Assembly (NCBI RefSeq): GCF_004010195.1
Contig: NC_057720.1
Coordinates: forward strand, 25,769,159-25,831,940
Length of the DNA: 62,782 nt
Source: Chiloscyllium plagiosum
Taxonomy: Eukaryota
Direction of reading: 5' to 3'
The position numbers and the translations under genes are program-made. A model generated the notes under the pieces. It had not been told where the DNA came from. It saw nothing but the letters and a program-made list of their open reading frames with translations, and did no database searches. How positions within the stretch are numbered: position 1 is the first letter of the stretch; every line of letters starts with the position of its first letter. Below, piece by piece: positions 1-13,406 of this stretch.

Positions 1-103
1 CTCGATTCTCCTGCTCCTTGGATGCTGCCTGACCTGCTGCACTTTTCCAGCAACACATTTTTCAGCTCTGATCTCCAGCATCTGCAGTCCTCACTTTCTC
101 CTA
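1..103 (+). mobile_element. PLE terminal-repeat fragment
   Basis: gatgctgcctgacctgctgc...ccagcatctgcagtc. The same motif follows the GIY-YIG ORF at about 12090 and recurs at 33436-33563 and 56591-56801. Confidence 0.65.
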
Positions 104-708
104 ATTTATCCACCTTTACCCATTTCAAGACATCCAGCACTTCCTCCTCTGTAATATGGACATTTTGCAAGATGTCACCATCTATTTCCCTACAGTCTAT
201 ATCTTCTATATCCTTTACAACTGTAAATACAGATGCAAAATATGCGTTTAGTATCTCCCCTATTTTCTGCAGCTCCACACAAAGGCCACCTTGCTGATCT
301 TCGATGGGCCCTATTCTCTCCCTAGTTACCCTTTTGTCCTTAATGTATTTGTAAAGACTCTTTGGCTTCTCCTTAATTCTATTTGCCAACGCTATCTCAT
401 GTCCCCTTTTTGCCCTCCTGATTTCCCTCTTAAGTATACTCCTACTTTCTTTATACTCTTCTAAGGATTCATTTGATCTATCCAGTCAATACCTGACACC
501 AGTCTTAACCAAACCTTCAATTGCTTTAGTCATCCAGCATTCCCCATACTACCAGCCTTTCCTTTCACCCTAACAGGAATATACTTTCTCTTGATTCTCA
601 TTATCTCATTTCTGAAGGCTTCCCATTTTCCAGTCGTCCCTTTACCTGTGAATATCTGCCCCCAATCAGCTTTCGAAAGTTCTTGCCTAATACCGTCAAA
701 ATTGGCCT
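104..708 (-). mobile_element. CR1 LINE ORF2 fragment (EN-RT linker)
   Basis: Minus strand reads LKREIRRAKRGHEIALANRIKEKPKSLYKYIKDKRVTRERIGP...EILNAYFASVFT, homologous to the CR1 ORF2 at 49700-49920. Confidence 0.85.
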
Positions 709-1296
709 GATGTATTTTGTGTGGTGTAAGTACACCTACAATGCTGTTCAGGAGAGAGCTCCAGGATTTTGATGCACTGACATTAAAAGAATAGCAATAT
801 GACTCTAAGTCATGATGTTGTGTGGCTTAGAGGAGAATTTAGAGGTAGTGGTGTTCCTATGCGTTTACTCCTTTTGTTCTTCTAGATAATACATGAACAC
901 AGGAAGGAGGAAGAGGAGAAAACCACTTAGCCCTTTGAGCCTGATTCACCATTCAATATGATCATGGCGAATCTTCTACTTCAATGCCATAGATCATATC
1001 AGTCACGGATTTAGAAGGATTCCTTGCCTCTTTTTGACCTAATGCCAGAGACGTAAGGAGGGTATTCATTCATGTTGAGAACTCTTAGGGCCATGACCTA
1101 CCAACTCTATTCCCATTGTACAATTACCCCGGTGAGTCTGTCCGCCCACAGGAAAGGACATATCTAGGGATGGTGATGGAAGAGTTTGCAACATGAGCTA
1201 TATTATTTGAGATAGGCAGCATAGCTATGTCAGGATTTATACTTGACTTAATCTTTGGAACAGCAGTCCCATCTGTAACACAACCCCCACTTCAGT

Positions 1297-1609
1297 GGGC
1301 GGCACAGTGGTTAGCACTGCTGCCTCACAGCGCCAGAGACCCGGGTTTAATTCCCGCCTCAGGCGACTGACTGTGTGGAGTTTGCACATTCTCCCCATGT
1401 CTGTGTGGGTTTCCTCCAAGTGCTCCGGTTTCCTCCCATAGTCCAAAAATGTGCAGGTTAGGTGAATTGGCCATGCTAAATTGCCTGTAGTGTTAGGTGA
1501 AGGGGTAAATGTAGGGGAATGGGTCTGGGTGGGTTGCGCTTCGGTGGGTCGGTGTGGACTTGTTGGGCCGAAGGGCCTGTTTCCACACTGTAAGTAATCT
1601 AATCTAATC
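1297..1609 (+). mobile_element. HE1-type V-SINE, nearly full length
   Basis: tRNA-like head (gtggttagc, ggtttaattccc), V-domain tgtgtggagtttgcacattctcccc...ggtttcctccca, CR1-like 3' end and (aatct)n tail. Confidence 0.9.
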
Positions 1610-1789
1610 AAAACCCCCAGATGACAGTGAAGAGGAATTTACAGAACAACTGGACAGGACATGTCTTTGCCATTTTCCTGAGGTTGGTGTTGGGTTGTCC
1701 AATATAATATTTATGCATGTCTCTTCTCTTTAGAGTTGTTTAGAGTTGGTATTATTATGCACTTCTTCAATTCTAATCATCCCCTTAGT

Positions 1790-3140
1790 CAGGGAGTCAT
1801 AAGTCATACAACATGGAAACAGACCCTTTGGTCCAACCAGTCCCTGCTGAACATAATCCCAAACTAAACGAGTCCCACTTGCCTGCTCCTGGCCCATGTC
1901 CCTCCAAACCCTTCCTATTCATGTACTTATCCAAATGTCTTTCAAATGGTGCAATTGTACCCATTTTTACCACTTCTCCAGGAAGTGCATTCTATGTGCG
2001 AACTCTGTATAAATGTTTTGCCCCTCATGTGCTTTTAAAATATCTCATCTCTCACCTTAAACATGTAACCCCTGGTCTTGAAACCCTACATCCTATGGAA
2101 AAGGCTACTGTTAACTCAATCTATACCCTTTATTATTTTGCAAACTTCTATCAGGTCACCTCTCAACCTCCTACGCTCCAGTGAAAGAAGTCCCAGCTTA
2201 TCCAGCCTTTCTTTATAACTCAAACCTTCCAGGGTGACCTGGACAGGTTAGGTGAGTGGTCAGATGCATGGCAGATGCAGTTTAATGTGGATAAATGTAT
2301 GGCTATCCACTTTGGTAGCAAGAGCAGGAAGGCAGATTACTACCTAAATGGAATCAATTTAGGAAAAGGGCAGTACAAAGAGATCTGGGTGTTCTTGTAC
2401 ACCAGTCAATGAAGGTAAGCATGCAGGTACAGCAGGTAGTGAAGAAGGCTAATAGCATGCTGGCCTTCATAACAAGAGGGGTTGAGTATAGAAGCAAAGA
2501 GGTTCTTCTGCAGCTGTACAGGGCCCTGGTGAGACCACACCTGGACTACTGTGTGCAGTTCTGGTCTCCAAATTTGAGGAAAGACATTCTGGCTATTGAG
2601 GGAGTGCAGCATAGGTTCGCGAGATGGGTGAGTGCTGAACCAGAGAACACAGCTTAAAAATACGGGGTAGACCATTTAGGACAGAGATGAGGAGAAACTT
2701 CTTCACCCAGAGAGTGGTGGCTGTGTGGAATGCTTTGCCCCAGAGGGCAGTGGAGGCCCAGTCTCTGGATTCATTTAAGAAAGAGTTGGATAGAGCTCTC
2801 AAGGATTGTGGGATCAAGGGTTATGGAGATAAGGCAAGAACAGGATACTGATTAAGGATGATCAGCCATCATCATATTGAATGGTGGTGCAGGCTCAAAG
2901 GGCAGAATGGCCTACTCCTGCACCTATTGTCTATTGTCTATACCTAGCAACATCCTGGTAAATCTCTTCTGAACCCTCACCAGCTTAACAATATCCTTCC
3001 TATATTTGGACAACCAGAACTGGACACAGTATTCCAGATGAGGCCTCACCAATGTCCTGTACAACCTCAGCATGACTTCCTGACTCCTATCCTCAAAGGA
3101 CTGAACAAGAAAGCGAGTGTGCTAAATGCCCTTTTACATT
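1790..3140 (-). mobile_element. CR1 3' fragment interrupted by another CR1 at 2232-2940
   Basis: CR1 3' tail (agtcataagtcata) at about 1795. The host breaks at caaaccttcca (2231) and resumes at tacctagcaacatcc (2941). Confidence 0.8.
2232..2940 (+). mobile_element. 5'-truncated CR1 nested in opposite orientation
   Basis: KKANSMLAFITRGVEYRSKEVLLQLYRALVRPHLDYCVQFWSP (CR1 RT C-terminal region), internal deletion near 2620-2640, (tattgtc)n tail. Confidence 0.9.
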
Positions 3141-4407
3141 CCTCAAAGAATTGCTTTTCAAAAATTTATTCTCCCCCTCTCCATTACCATACAGTAAAAA
3201 TTTGATTTGATGTTCTTCAACCTTTTAAAACAAAATGGTAAACAAAATTCTTCACCTTATTGAAAGCAGATCACCTCTGTCACTTTATGTCTAAATTATG
3301 TAAATAAACCACAAAAATTCTGCCTGATGCATTATTTTCAGTCTGCACCTTCTGCTCAATGTTTAATCTTTGGCTAGAATTTATCCATCAAAAATATTTA
3401 CATGAGAAAATTAGATCTAGTGTTGCAAAGTGTGTCTTGACACATTTGTTATCATCCAAGAGTCGTGGTTTTAATGAGAATAAATGAATATTAAGATTGT
3501 AGTCAACGTGTATTATTTAGAATTATTCTGTATTTTGGTCTGCAGGAGAAAAGGCAAGCTGCTGCCTGTAACTTACGTTTTCTGATGCTGCTTTAAAAGA
3601 TCTTTTGCAAAATGATGCTGGCCTTTGGCAGTCTGGGGGCACCCAGTATTGATTCACAATCACTTTCTAGAATGATCACATGGATTGTAACTCCTTCCCA
3701 AAACAGTGCCCATGTGTGTTACACCCATGATTTTAACCAGAGCTCTCAAGGAGGCATTGAGAAAAACATATTTTAGTTAGCAAAGTTAAGCTGCTTTTGT
3801 ACAGTTTTCATTCAAAAGCAGCTGGTTGTTTTGGCTATCTATGCATTTTGGAATGGTGCAGAGTAGATGATTAAGGAGATTGTGGGATAGTGAAGAAAAT
3901 ATGGATACTTTGTACTTGGCATATTATCCAAGAGCAGAAAGTGCAGTTACTTAAAGAGGAACTTTAGAGCACAGAAAATAGATGCAAGAGCCTGGTCTGC
4001 CATTCAGAATGATCATTGCTAATCATCCTATTTAGTACTTTGTTCCTTATGTCACACCGTATCCTTTGGTCCCTTTAGCCCCAAGGACTATATCCAGCTC
4101 TTTCTTGAAAGCATTTGATGCTTTGTCCTCAGCCACCTTCTGTGGCAGAGGATTAAACCACACACAGGCTCATCTCAGTCCTAAATGAGTCATCCTGTGC
4201 CTTGAGACTGTGACTCGTGATTCTGCACTCCCCGGCCATCTGATCACCTGATAAGAGTGACACTTCCTTGGACATTAAGAATACTGAGACCATTTTATTC
4301 AGAAAAGCAAACTAACGAAAACGTCATAAATTATTATCTATCACTATAGACTATCATGTAATAGCTAAATCATTATGCACATTATCTTAAGCTCTCATAA
4401 GTTTATT

Positions 4408-4764
4408 ATCATAGAATCATAGAATCCCTACAATGCAGAAAGAGGCCATTTGGCTCATCAGGTCCACACTGACCCTCTGAAGAGCACCCCCATCCAGACC
4501 CAGACCCAGGCCCAAACCCAGACCCCCTTCCTGTCCCTGTAACCCTGCATTTCCCATGGATAATCCACCTAGCCTACACATCCCTGGATACTATGGGCAA
4601 TTTAGCATGGCCAATCCACATAACCTGCACATCTTTGGACCGTGGGAGGACACTGGAGCACCCAGTCAAACTCACACAGACATGGAGAGAATGCACAAAC
4701 TCCACATAGACCATCATTCGAGGTTGAAATTGAACGCACTGTAAGGCCACAGTGTTAACCACTG
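4408..4764 (-). mobile_element. HE1-type SINE (older subfamily)
   Basis: atcatagaatcatagaatccc tail, aatttagcatggccaatccac, caaactccacatagac and gttaaccactga, all reverse complements of the 1297 copy. Confidence 0.85.
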
Positions 4765-4864
4765 ATTATGAGAATATTTATCACTAAAAATACAACCATG
4801 GCCAAAATAGTACCTAGACATACAATAATTCAATTTGATTCTCATTAGTGAATTCATGCAAAGT

Positions 4865-6200
4865 GAGGTATAACTAAAAACAAGATGTCAACCTGGTGAA
4901 GGAACAACACAGAGCTACTTGCACACCAAACAAAGAGAATATAAGTCCAAGTGAGTCCATACCCTACAGATCAGATCTAAGCTTTGTAGTCTTGCCACAT
5001 TCAGTCATGAATGATGATGGACAATTAAATGATGAACAATGAGGTGGAGACTCAGTGTAGATGCTGCGTGGACTACCTAGCTCCCGAACCCATTAGCTTA
5101 GTTTGGCAATGGACAAAAGAGCAGAATCCAGAGGTGAAGTCAGAGTGACTGCCATTGACATCAAGGCACTTGACCAATTATGACATCAAGGAGCCTGAGA
5201 AAAATTGGAATCCAGAGGCAAACTCTCCACTGGTTAAAGTCATACCTGGTACAAAAGAGTATAGATGTGGTTGTTGGAGGTCAAACATCTTAACCTTGTA
5301 ACTTCACTGCAGGAGTTCCTCAGCATCATTTTCTAGGCCCAAATAACTTCAACAATGACCCTTCTTCCATCGTAAGATCGGAGAGTGGTATTTTTGCTGA
5401 TGATTGCACATTGTTCAGCAACATTCAATAGTAGTCTGCATTAATATGCAGCAATTGGCAAGTATATCTGCACCATGCAAGTGCCAGACAATTACCATCT
5501 CTAACAAGGGAGAATCTAGTTGGCCCTTGATGTTCAATTACATTACCATTGTTGAATATCCCACTGTCAACATCCTGGGAGTAACCATTGAATAAAGTCT
5601 AAATTGGACCAGGCATATAAATACTCTAGCTACATTATCTGGTCGGAAACTAGGAATTCTGTAGTGAGTAAATCACCTCTTCTCTCCCCAGTGCCTAGCT
5701 ACCATCTATAAAGCACAATTACGGAGTGTGATGGAATACTCTAAGCATGCTTGCTGGGCGCAGCTCCAAAAAGACTCAAGAAGATTGACACTATCCAGGA
5801 CAAAGCAGCCTACTTGATTGACACCCCATCTACACCTTCAAAATTTTTTTCCTTCACCACAGTTATAAGGAAGCAGTAGGAACCATCTAAAGATGCACTG
5901 CAGTAACCCACCAAAGCTCCTCTAACAGCGCCTGACAAACCTAAAATCTTTCTTATCTAGAAGGATGAGGGCAGCAGATACATGGAAGCACCACACTGGC
6001 AACTTTCCTCCAAGCTATACCCTCCTGACTTGGAACAAACTGATGTTCTTTTTGTGTCCTGGAACACCCTCCCTTAACAGCACTATCGCTGTCTAATTTC
6101 TAAGCACTGTGGCAGTTTAAGAAGGCACCTCACCACCACCTTTTCCTGATGGGCAGTACATGTTGGCCTCACCAGCGATGCCTACATTCCAGGAATGATT
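4865..6200 (+). mobile_element. LINE family B (CR1/L2 group), decayed RT and 3' end
   Basis: Remnants of GVPQ.....GP, FADDC, KCQTITISNK, NILGVTI and YKAQ.RSVMEYS. The 3' end gaaggcacctcaccaccacc is shared with other copies in the window. Confidence 0.8.
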
Positions 6201-7330
6201 GATAACAATGAAGGCTATTTTACAAATAAATACCTATTTGTAATGCAGTTACAAACATATGTGTTCACATAAATCTCTTCAATTCTATACTGTTCAGAGA
6301 TCCCAGTGGACTGGATTTGCATGAACATCATTAGGTTCCATTGAGTTTCATGCAAGCTCATGAACTTCCCCAGAAACACACAAGGGCTTCTTCTTCTGCA
6401 CTCATCGAATACCTGCTTCCTTCTTTTTCTGGACTCAAAGCTGAACAAGCAGGACATTGACAGAAAGTGAGGCAGCATCTAAAACTAGTGTCCTGGCTGT
6501 GAGCCTTCATCAGAACTGACATTTAAATTTATTGTGAAAACATTTTCTATTTCCTCATAAATCACTGCTATTTCCTCACTGTCACTTTGACACCAGCATA
6601 ATTTCTGGTTGTTCTTCTGAGTCCCCAGTGGCTTTACCTTAGATTTTTAAAAAAAGGTACATAAAGGGGACGGAAAGAGAATGAACTCAGAGGCTGATTC
6701 ACATTAACCTATCATTTGAAACCCCTGTGCTGAACCATTTTGCAGACCATATCCGTCATCCATTCCCACCCCAGTCAGAATAGCCATGAATTAGCCAAGG
6801 GTACCCTGTGTTGTAAGGTGGCTTCACACGACAGTCACCTTGGGGAAAGCCACATTGGATAGTGAAGCTAGCGCCAACCTCCTTTTAGGTTGGGATCTCA
6901 AGGGTCTGTGGTGATGGAGGAAAACTACAAGGTCGTTTAACCAGAGAGGTTCTTATTTTAAACAAGATATCAAATATTGCACGATGGCAGTTGGCTACAA
7001 ATTCTGACAAACATTGTTCCATATATTCCAAAGGCTCAAAAGTCATTTGAAAAGCTTAGATGGGAGTGGTGCATTGGGAACATGTAGAATCCCTAATGCA
7101 TCTGGCTCCATGCGAATTATCCATGAAAATTAATTTTCTGAGGAGGTGGTTTCTCAGAGGATTCTGACTCACTTAGGTTTTGCAGATATTCAGGAAAGGT
7201 TAGGCAATTAAAAACCTACTCTAACTCTTGGTAACTATTAAACTAAACTTATCCAACCATACCTCCCTCATACTCCTGGCACTACCTGGAGTCGACCAGC
7301 CAGTCACTCCACCCTCCACCATGAACCTGA

Positions 7331-7563
7331 TGAAATAACTTCACAGAGGCCCGTATCCTGTCACCAAGTCACCCTTTATTCACACATAAACATTCCTTGA
7401 CTTTAGTACTGCCTCTTCAGAGTCAGCTGTCAGAGTATCAGTGTCTCTGGTGCTCCCCTTTTATTGTCAGCTATAGCTCCCTAATTGGGCCAGATTAACA
7501 GCCCTAATCAGGGAATTCATATTCTATGAGGTCCACCTGATTGACCTTGTTAGAATCGCTATA
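7331..7563 (-). mobile_element. Solo LTR (probably Gypsy-type)
   Basis: Minus strand runs tatagcgattctaac...gacctcatagaatatga...aataaagggtgacttggtgac...gttatttca. About 230 bp with a poly(A) signal and CA end, 5' TG decayed, no TSD seen. Confidence 0.55.
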
Positions 7564-7984
7564 TCCAACAACTACCATCCATCCTCCACCTCCTTCCCCA
7601 AACCTGTGTATCTAACAGCCACACCACAACCTCACTGACCTACCTTTGTACAAAATGAATCCCACCCATTCCCTCCTGAATCGACCCAACAGGGCACAGT
7701 GCCCTCTCTCCACTAAACCAATCTTATCAGATCTGATATCCACCACAGCACCCCACATCTGAAACCCTCCCAAACTGATCTGATGCTGATGCCAAGCCCT
7801 CGATACGACCTTGTTGAGCAAACTCCAATCCTCAACATGACCCTGCTGTATCTGACAACTTGCCCCTTGCACACATCCCTCCCTCTATGCTTAAAACTGT
7901 TGGACTGAACTACAAGCCCCTATCCATGGCCACAACTCTACCATATCCTACTGCCAGTCAGGCCTTATCCTAATCCCAACCATC

Positions 7985-8927
7985 CTCAGCTGCTTCATCA
8001 ATGACCTTCCCTGCATTGTAAGGTCAGAAGCGGGGATGTTCACTCATGATTGTGCAACTTTCAGCACAATTGACAATTTCTCAGTTACTGAAGCAGTCCA
8101 TGTTCAAATGCAACAAGAATCCAGACAATATCGAGACTTGGGTTGACAAGCGGCAAGTAATATTTGCACAACACAAATGCCAGGCTGTAAACATCTTCAA
8201 TAAGAGACAATCTAACCAATGTCCTTCAACATTCAATAGTATTACCATCACTGGATCCTGTATTACCAACATCCTGGGGACTTACCATTGGCCAGAAATT
8301 CAACTGGACTTGCCACATTGACTACAACAGCGGGTCAGAGGCTAGGAATACTGCAGCGAGTAACTCACTTCCTGACTCCCCAAAGCCAGTCCACCATCTG
8401 CATTGCATGAGTCAGGAGTGTGATGGAATAATTCCCACTTGCCTAGAAGGGTGCAGCTCCAACAACACTCAAGAAGCTTGATACCATTCAGGACAAAGCA
8501 GCCCGCTTGATTGGCACCACATTCGCAAGCATCCATTCCCTCCACCATCGCCACTCAGTAACAGCAGTGTGTATTAGTACAAGATGCACTACATGAACTC
8601 ACTCAAGTTCCTGAGGAAACATGTTCCACACCCACAATCTCTTCCATCTAGAAGGACAAGGGCAGCAGATACATTGGACATCACCATCTGCAAGTTCCCC
8701 TCCAAGACATTCACCATCCTGATTTGAAAAAATGTCACTGTTCCTTCAGTGTTGCTGGATCAAAATCTTGGAATTTCCTCCCTCAGGGCATTGTGGGTAA
8801 ACCTACTGCTTATGGACTGCAGCAGTTCAAGAAGGCAGCTGATCACCACCTCTCAAGGGCAACTAGGGACAGGCAATAAATGCTGGCCAGCCAGTGATGT
8901 CCATGTCCCACGAGTGAATTAAAAAAA
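7985..8927 (+). mobile_element. LINE family B 3' portion
   Basis: SCFINDLP..VRSEAGMF, WVDKRQVIFAQHKCQAV. Ends gggcaactagggacaggcaataaatgctggcc...gaattaaaaaaa. Confidence 0.85.
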
Positions 8928-10497
8928 GACATGTACTATCACAGCTAGAACCAATACCCCATCCACCCCTCCCTACCCAACCCGAAGAACAATGCTCTGA
9001 TCTCATATCCTAGCCGACCCTAACCACTCATCCACTTACCTGGCAACCTACCCACGTCTGCCACTTGTCACATAACACGTTATCTACCCACCTGTCAACT
9101 TCACTTTCCTGAAATGCTTACCTTTCCTCTGCCATTGTCAAAAGTACCTTCAGGACTTTGACCTCCTGAAATATAGTAGCAATTGTCTTAAAGAAGGCAT
9201 GTGTCTTGTCTTGCAATATTTCTCCTTTGCTGACTGCACATTCTCCCAGTTTCCTTTAAAGGAAGTATTCAGGACAGGTCAGACTCAGAATCTTGTCTCG
9301 AAAAATTGCCAACAGCTAAATGGATCATTTTAATGATGATTATTGTCAGTCAAATCTATTCAGATGGTAATAGAGATATCTGGGCTAATGTTATTCAGAC
9401 TGTAAGGGGGTCCTAGAGAAGAGGTTTAACTCCTTTGAGAGCTTGAGCTATTAACCCACCCTGGTCTGTATGATGTTATCATCTTGAGTTGTGCTTAATG
9501 CACTGTTCAGCGTCAACCCTTGCAGAGCCTATAATAATATGCCACTCCCTGAAGGATTGGATCACTATACCAAGTACAGTTACTGTGCAATTGCTTTGGT
9601 TTTGCAGCGGAAGCAACTGAGAAAAAGATGTTGCTGATTCTGAGGACCAAGCAGACTTGAGTAAATCAACTTCCAACAGTAAATGATTCTCAATCCTGCT
9701 CCAAGAAGGAAACAGACAACCTTTTGAAAATGGCTATGTATCCATTCATCTTGCAGTCGCCTATTCCTTCATCTCATTTGTACATGTGGAAGTTTAGCAA
9801 TGTCAAATCTCTTTTTCCAATGTCTAACTGTTTGAAAGCTTAGTGTTCAAGACAAATATGTCACATAGTTGGCCTTTTAAGTGTCTCTCCAAATTATTTC
9901 CAATATGCAAGAGATTTATTTTGACAAAGTTAAATATTAGTGACTTGTGACCAATCCTTGGGTAGGGAAGAATATGGGGGAACAGAAAGAAGGCTGGGAG
10001 ATTTTCATGGAATGTAAGTTATGAAAAGGACAAGGGTTTGAGAATATCACAGATCATGGTAATAATGGAGAGGCAAGTATCAGAAAAGACAATTATGAAT
10101 CCTCTGATTGACTTAAAACCCAATTCAATCTCCCTGTCCCAATAGGCAGGGAAATTCTGGCCTGCATGACCTGATCACATAACCTGAATGACCAAATGCC
10201 TTTTGAAAGTAGCCAGATATGACCATTAGTAAATTAAAAATAATCAGTAGAAAGATCACTACCAGCATCTTCTCAGGATAACAATGAATGGGGCAATAAT
10301 AAAACCTTTTACTGTTGCCCACATCCCAAGAATTAATATTTAAAGATCTAGGCTAGCATTAGGATGTGCTGTGCTGAAATTAAAGTATCAAATGTTGGGA
10401 AACATTACAAAGATACATTTCTGAAACTGCAACTATTACCCTTGGCTATTTCACTGCCATAATCACGATGCCACAATCAAAAGGATAGGCTGTAATA

Positions 10498-10829
10498 GTA
10501 TCCCTAAAGTGGAGAAAGAGGCCATTCAGCCCATCTAGTCTGTATTAACTGTCCATAGAGCATTCCATCCAGACTCAGCCCACCATCTCATGACCACATT
10601 TATCATGACTAATCCAACTTATCTGCACATCCCTGAACAATTTAGAATGGCCAATCCACCGAATGTGCACATCTTTAGACTGTAGGAAGAAACTGGAGCA
10701 CCCCGTGGAAACACACGAAGACACACAGAGAATATGCAAACTCCACACAGATAGTTGTCTGAGACTGGAATTGAACCTAGGTCTCTGGCGCTGTGTGGTA
10801 GCAGTGCTAACCATTGAACACTGTGCCAC
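10498..10829 (-). mobile_element. HE1-type SINE
   Basis: tgcaaactccacacagat, gaattgaacctaggtctctgg and gcagtgctaacca (reverse-complemented head and V-domain). Confidence 0.85.
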
Positions 10830-11229
10830 TCAGAATACCTGAGGCTTGATGCAGAAAAAGCACCCACCATGCCGATGTAAAAGATTGAGTTTGATTCAGG
10901 TAGGTATCATTGTCATGTATAAAGTAGTACAGGCTGACATTGAGACTGCTGATTACTTAGTGGCTTTCAGACTGTAAGTAACCTGGGCGATCTTCACTGC
11001 TGATATTCTGATTTTGGCAGGATCAATAGGGTTAAGATTGACCATTTTGTCTTTTACCTCATTAATTTAAACATTGGTTCTACAACATAGCTAATTAAAC
11101 TCTACTTTATAATGTAATCCCTGTGAATCATGATGATGTAACTGATCAATTGACTTCAATATCATTAAGAGAAAAGTCAACAGCTGAGAATGAGCAAATG
11201 CAGAGAGAGAGCTGAGCCATTGCACTAGA

Positions 11230-12720
11230 GAGCTGTCATTGAGGATTATAGCACAGAAAAAGGCCCTTTCGCCCATCAAGTCCACACCAGTCCAAAATAA
11301 GAAACTAACTATTCTTGTAGCATTTTCCAGCACTTTGCCCATAGTCTTGTATGCCTTGGCATCATAAATGTGCTCACCTTCCACCCTACCAACCTTCGCA
11401 TAAACCAAATCATCCGCCGACATTTCCGCTACCTCCAAACAGATCCCACCACCAGGGATATATTTCCCTCCCCACCCCTTTCCGCCTTCCGCAAAGACCG
11501 TTCCCTCCGTGACTACCTGGTCAGGTCCACGCCCCCCTACAACCCACCCTCCCATCCTGGCACTTTCCCCTGCCACTGCAGGAACTGTAAAACCTGCGCC
11601 CACATCTCCTCCCTCACCTATATCCAAGGCCCTAAAGGAGCCTTCCACATCCATCAAAGTTTTACTTGCACATCCACTAATATCATTTATTGTATCCGTT
11701 GCTCCCGATGCGGTCTCCTCTACATTAGGGAGACGGGCGCCTCCTAGCAGAGCGCTTTAGGGAACATCTCCGAGACACCCGCACCAATCAACCACACCGC
11801 CCCGTGGCCCAACATTTCAACTCCCCCTCCCACTCTGCCAAGGACATGGAGGTCGTGGGCCTCCTTCACCGCCGCTCCCTCACCACCAGATGCCTGGAAG
11901 AAGAACGCCTTATCTTCCGCCTCGGAACACTTCAACCCCAGGGCATCAATGTGGACTTCAACAGTTTCCTCATTTCCCCTTCCCCCACCTCACCCTAGTT
12001 CTGAACTTGCAGCTCAGCACTGTCCCCATGACTTGTCCGGACTTGTCCTACCTGCCGCTTTTGCCCGAAACATCGATTTCGAAGCTCCTTGGATGCTGCG
12101 TGAACTGCTGTGCTCTTCCAGCACCACTAATCCAGAACCTAAATATGTCTGCCTGTACCATCCTAACAGGCTGAGTTCCAATTCCTGTTACCCTCTGGGA
12201 AAAAGGAGTTTCCTCATAAACCCTGTAAACCTCCTGAGCCTTACCCTAAATCTATGCCCCTCGTTGTTAACCTCTCCATCAAGGGGAAAATCATCTTCCT
12301 ATCCACCTTGTAATATTACACATTTCAATCATATCCCCCCCATCAGTCTCCTCTGCTCCAAGGAAAACGACCACAGTCTGTCCAGCCTCTCTTCATAACT
12401 AAAACTCTCCAGCTCAAATAACAGCCAGATAAATCTTCTCTGCAGCCTCTCCATTGTAATAACATCTGTCTTACAATGTGGATTCCAGAATCGCACATCA
12501 TACTCTTGCCCAACCAGTGTTTCATGCATTTCCAGCTCCCTGCTCTTCAACTCTCTGCCTCGGTTAACAAAGGCAAGCAACTTATACACGTTCTTAACCT
12601 CTTAACCAGTCCTGCTACCTTAAGAGACCAATGGACATGCACACTAAGGACCCTCTGATCCTCAGTAATCCACAGGGTCCTACTATTCATCATCATTTCC
12701 TTGCCTTATTTGTTCTGCTC
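11230..12720 (-). mobile_element. Old CR1 3' fragment split by the PLE at 11366-12138
   Basis: LLAFVNRGRELKSRE...ERLDRLWSFSLEQRRLMGG (ORF 12329..12589). The CR1 3' end lies at 11230-11365. Confidence 0.7.
11366..12138 (+). mobile_element. Penelope-like element 3' part: Zn-finger linker, GIY-YIG endonuclease (frameshifted) and terminal repeat
   Basis: PCHCRNCKTC linker, NIIYCIRCSRCGLLYIRETG (GIY-YIG), ERFREH, VAQHFNSPSH and LIFRLGTLQPQGIN. Frameshift near 11740. CpG-rich. Confidence 0.92.
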
Positions 12721-13406
12721 GATTTGATATTATCTACGAATGTAAATAAAGGACTATTGCAGTACATGAGGATTAGTTAGAGATAAAGAACAAGCAGCCT
12801 CAAGGACAGTGTATGTGCAGGCTATCACAGCCTGAGATGCTCTAGACTAGTAAATCAATATGTTGGTGGCAGTACTGGCTTAAAGTACGAGATAAAACAA
12901 ACTTTTCCTTGCTTATCCAAACTCTGTATTGGAAGACAAGACAATCTATGTGCTGTGAGATCTCTCTTAATAGTAAACACATTTGCTTGCTTTAATATAT
13001 CCCCTGTTTTGCAGCTGTCAATATTTCCTTCATTTCTGGATTGGATTCAGTGCTTTTAAGGCAGGCATGCTGACGACTGATCATAAGGAGCAGTCTGGGG
13101 TCAAATGCATTTGTGTCAGTGATAACTCTTGGACTCTCTTCAGCTTTGCAGTGTTATTTGCTCAAAAGGTCCAACTCTCTCTGTACTTAATTACAGATGG
13201 ATTGTGTGGGTAATCAGCTGTCACTTGGTGTTGTGTGGGTGGTGCCTCAGCAAGTAAATATGAATGGGTTGAATGGAAACCAAACTAACTAATCAGCACT
13301 TTTATGCAAATGTGAATTGTTTGGGATTTCTGAATTTTTTTAAGAAAGATATTTTGGAAGATGAAGGTCAAATACGATAGGCAGACTCAACTTTGATTAC
13401 AGGAAG

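Noticed and set aside
1297..1365. tRNA-like sequences at SINE heads (also 13407, 17135, 32539, 44530)
   Set aside because: A/B-box-like motifs continue into SINE bodies, so these are not tRNA genes.
1237..1611. Recurrent ORFs with GNLAWPIHLTCT / GRKPEHPEETH peptides
   Set aside because: Translations of HE1 SINE copies, not a protein family.
7130..9310. Possible non-autonomous DNA transposon enclosing the solo LTR and family-B LINE
   Set aside because: The ends show only loose inverted similarity (gattctgact / tcagaatc) and no convincing TIR or TSD.
11091..11657. 188-aa minus-strand ORF
   Set aside because: Antisense to the PLE GIY-YIG region and running across an insertion junction into CR1 sequence.
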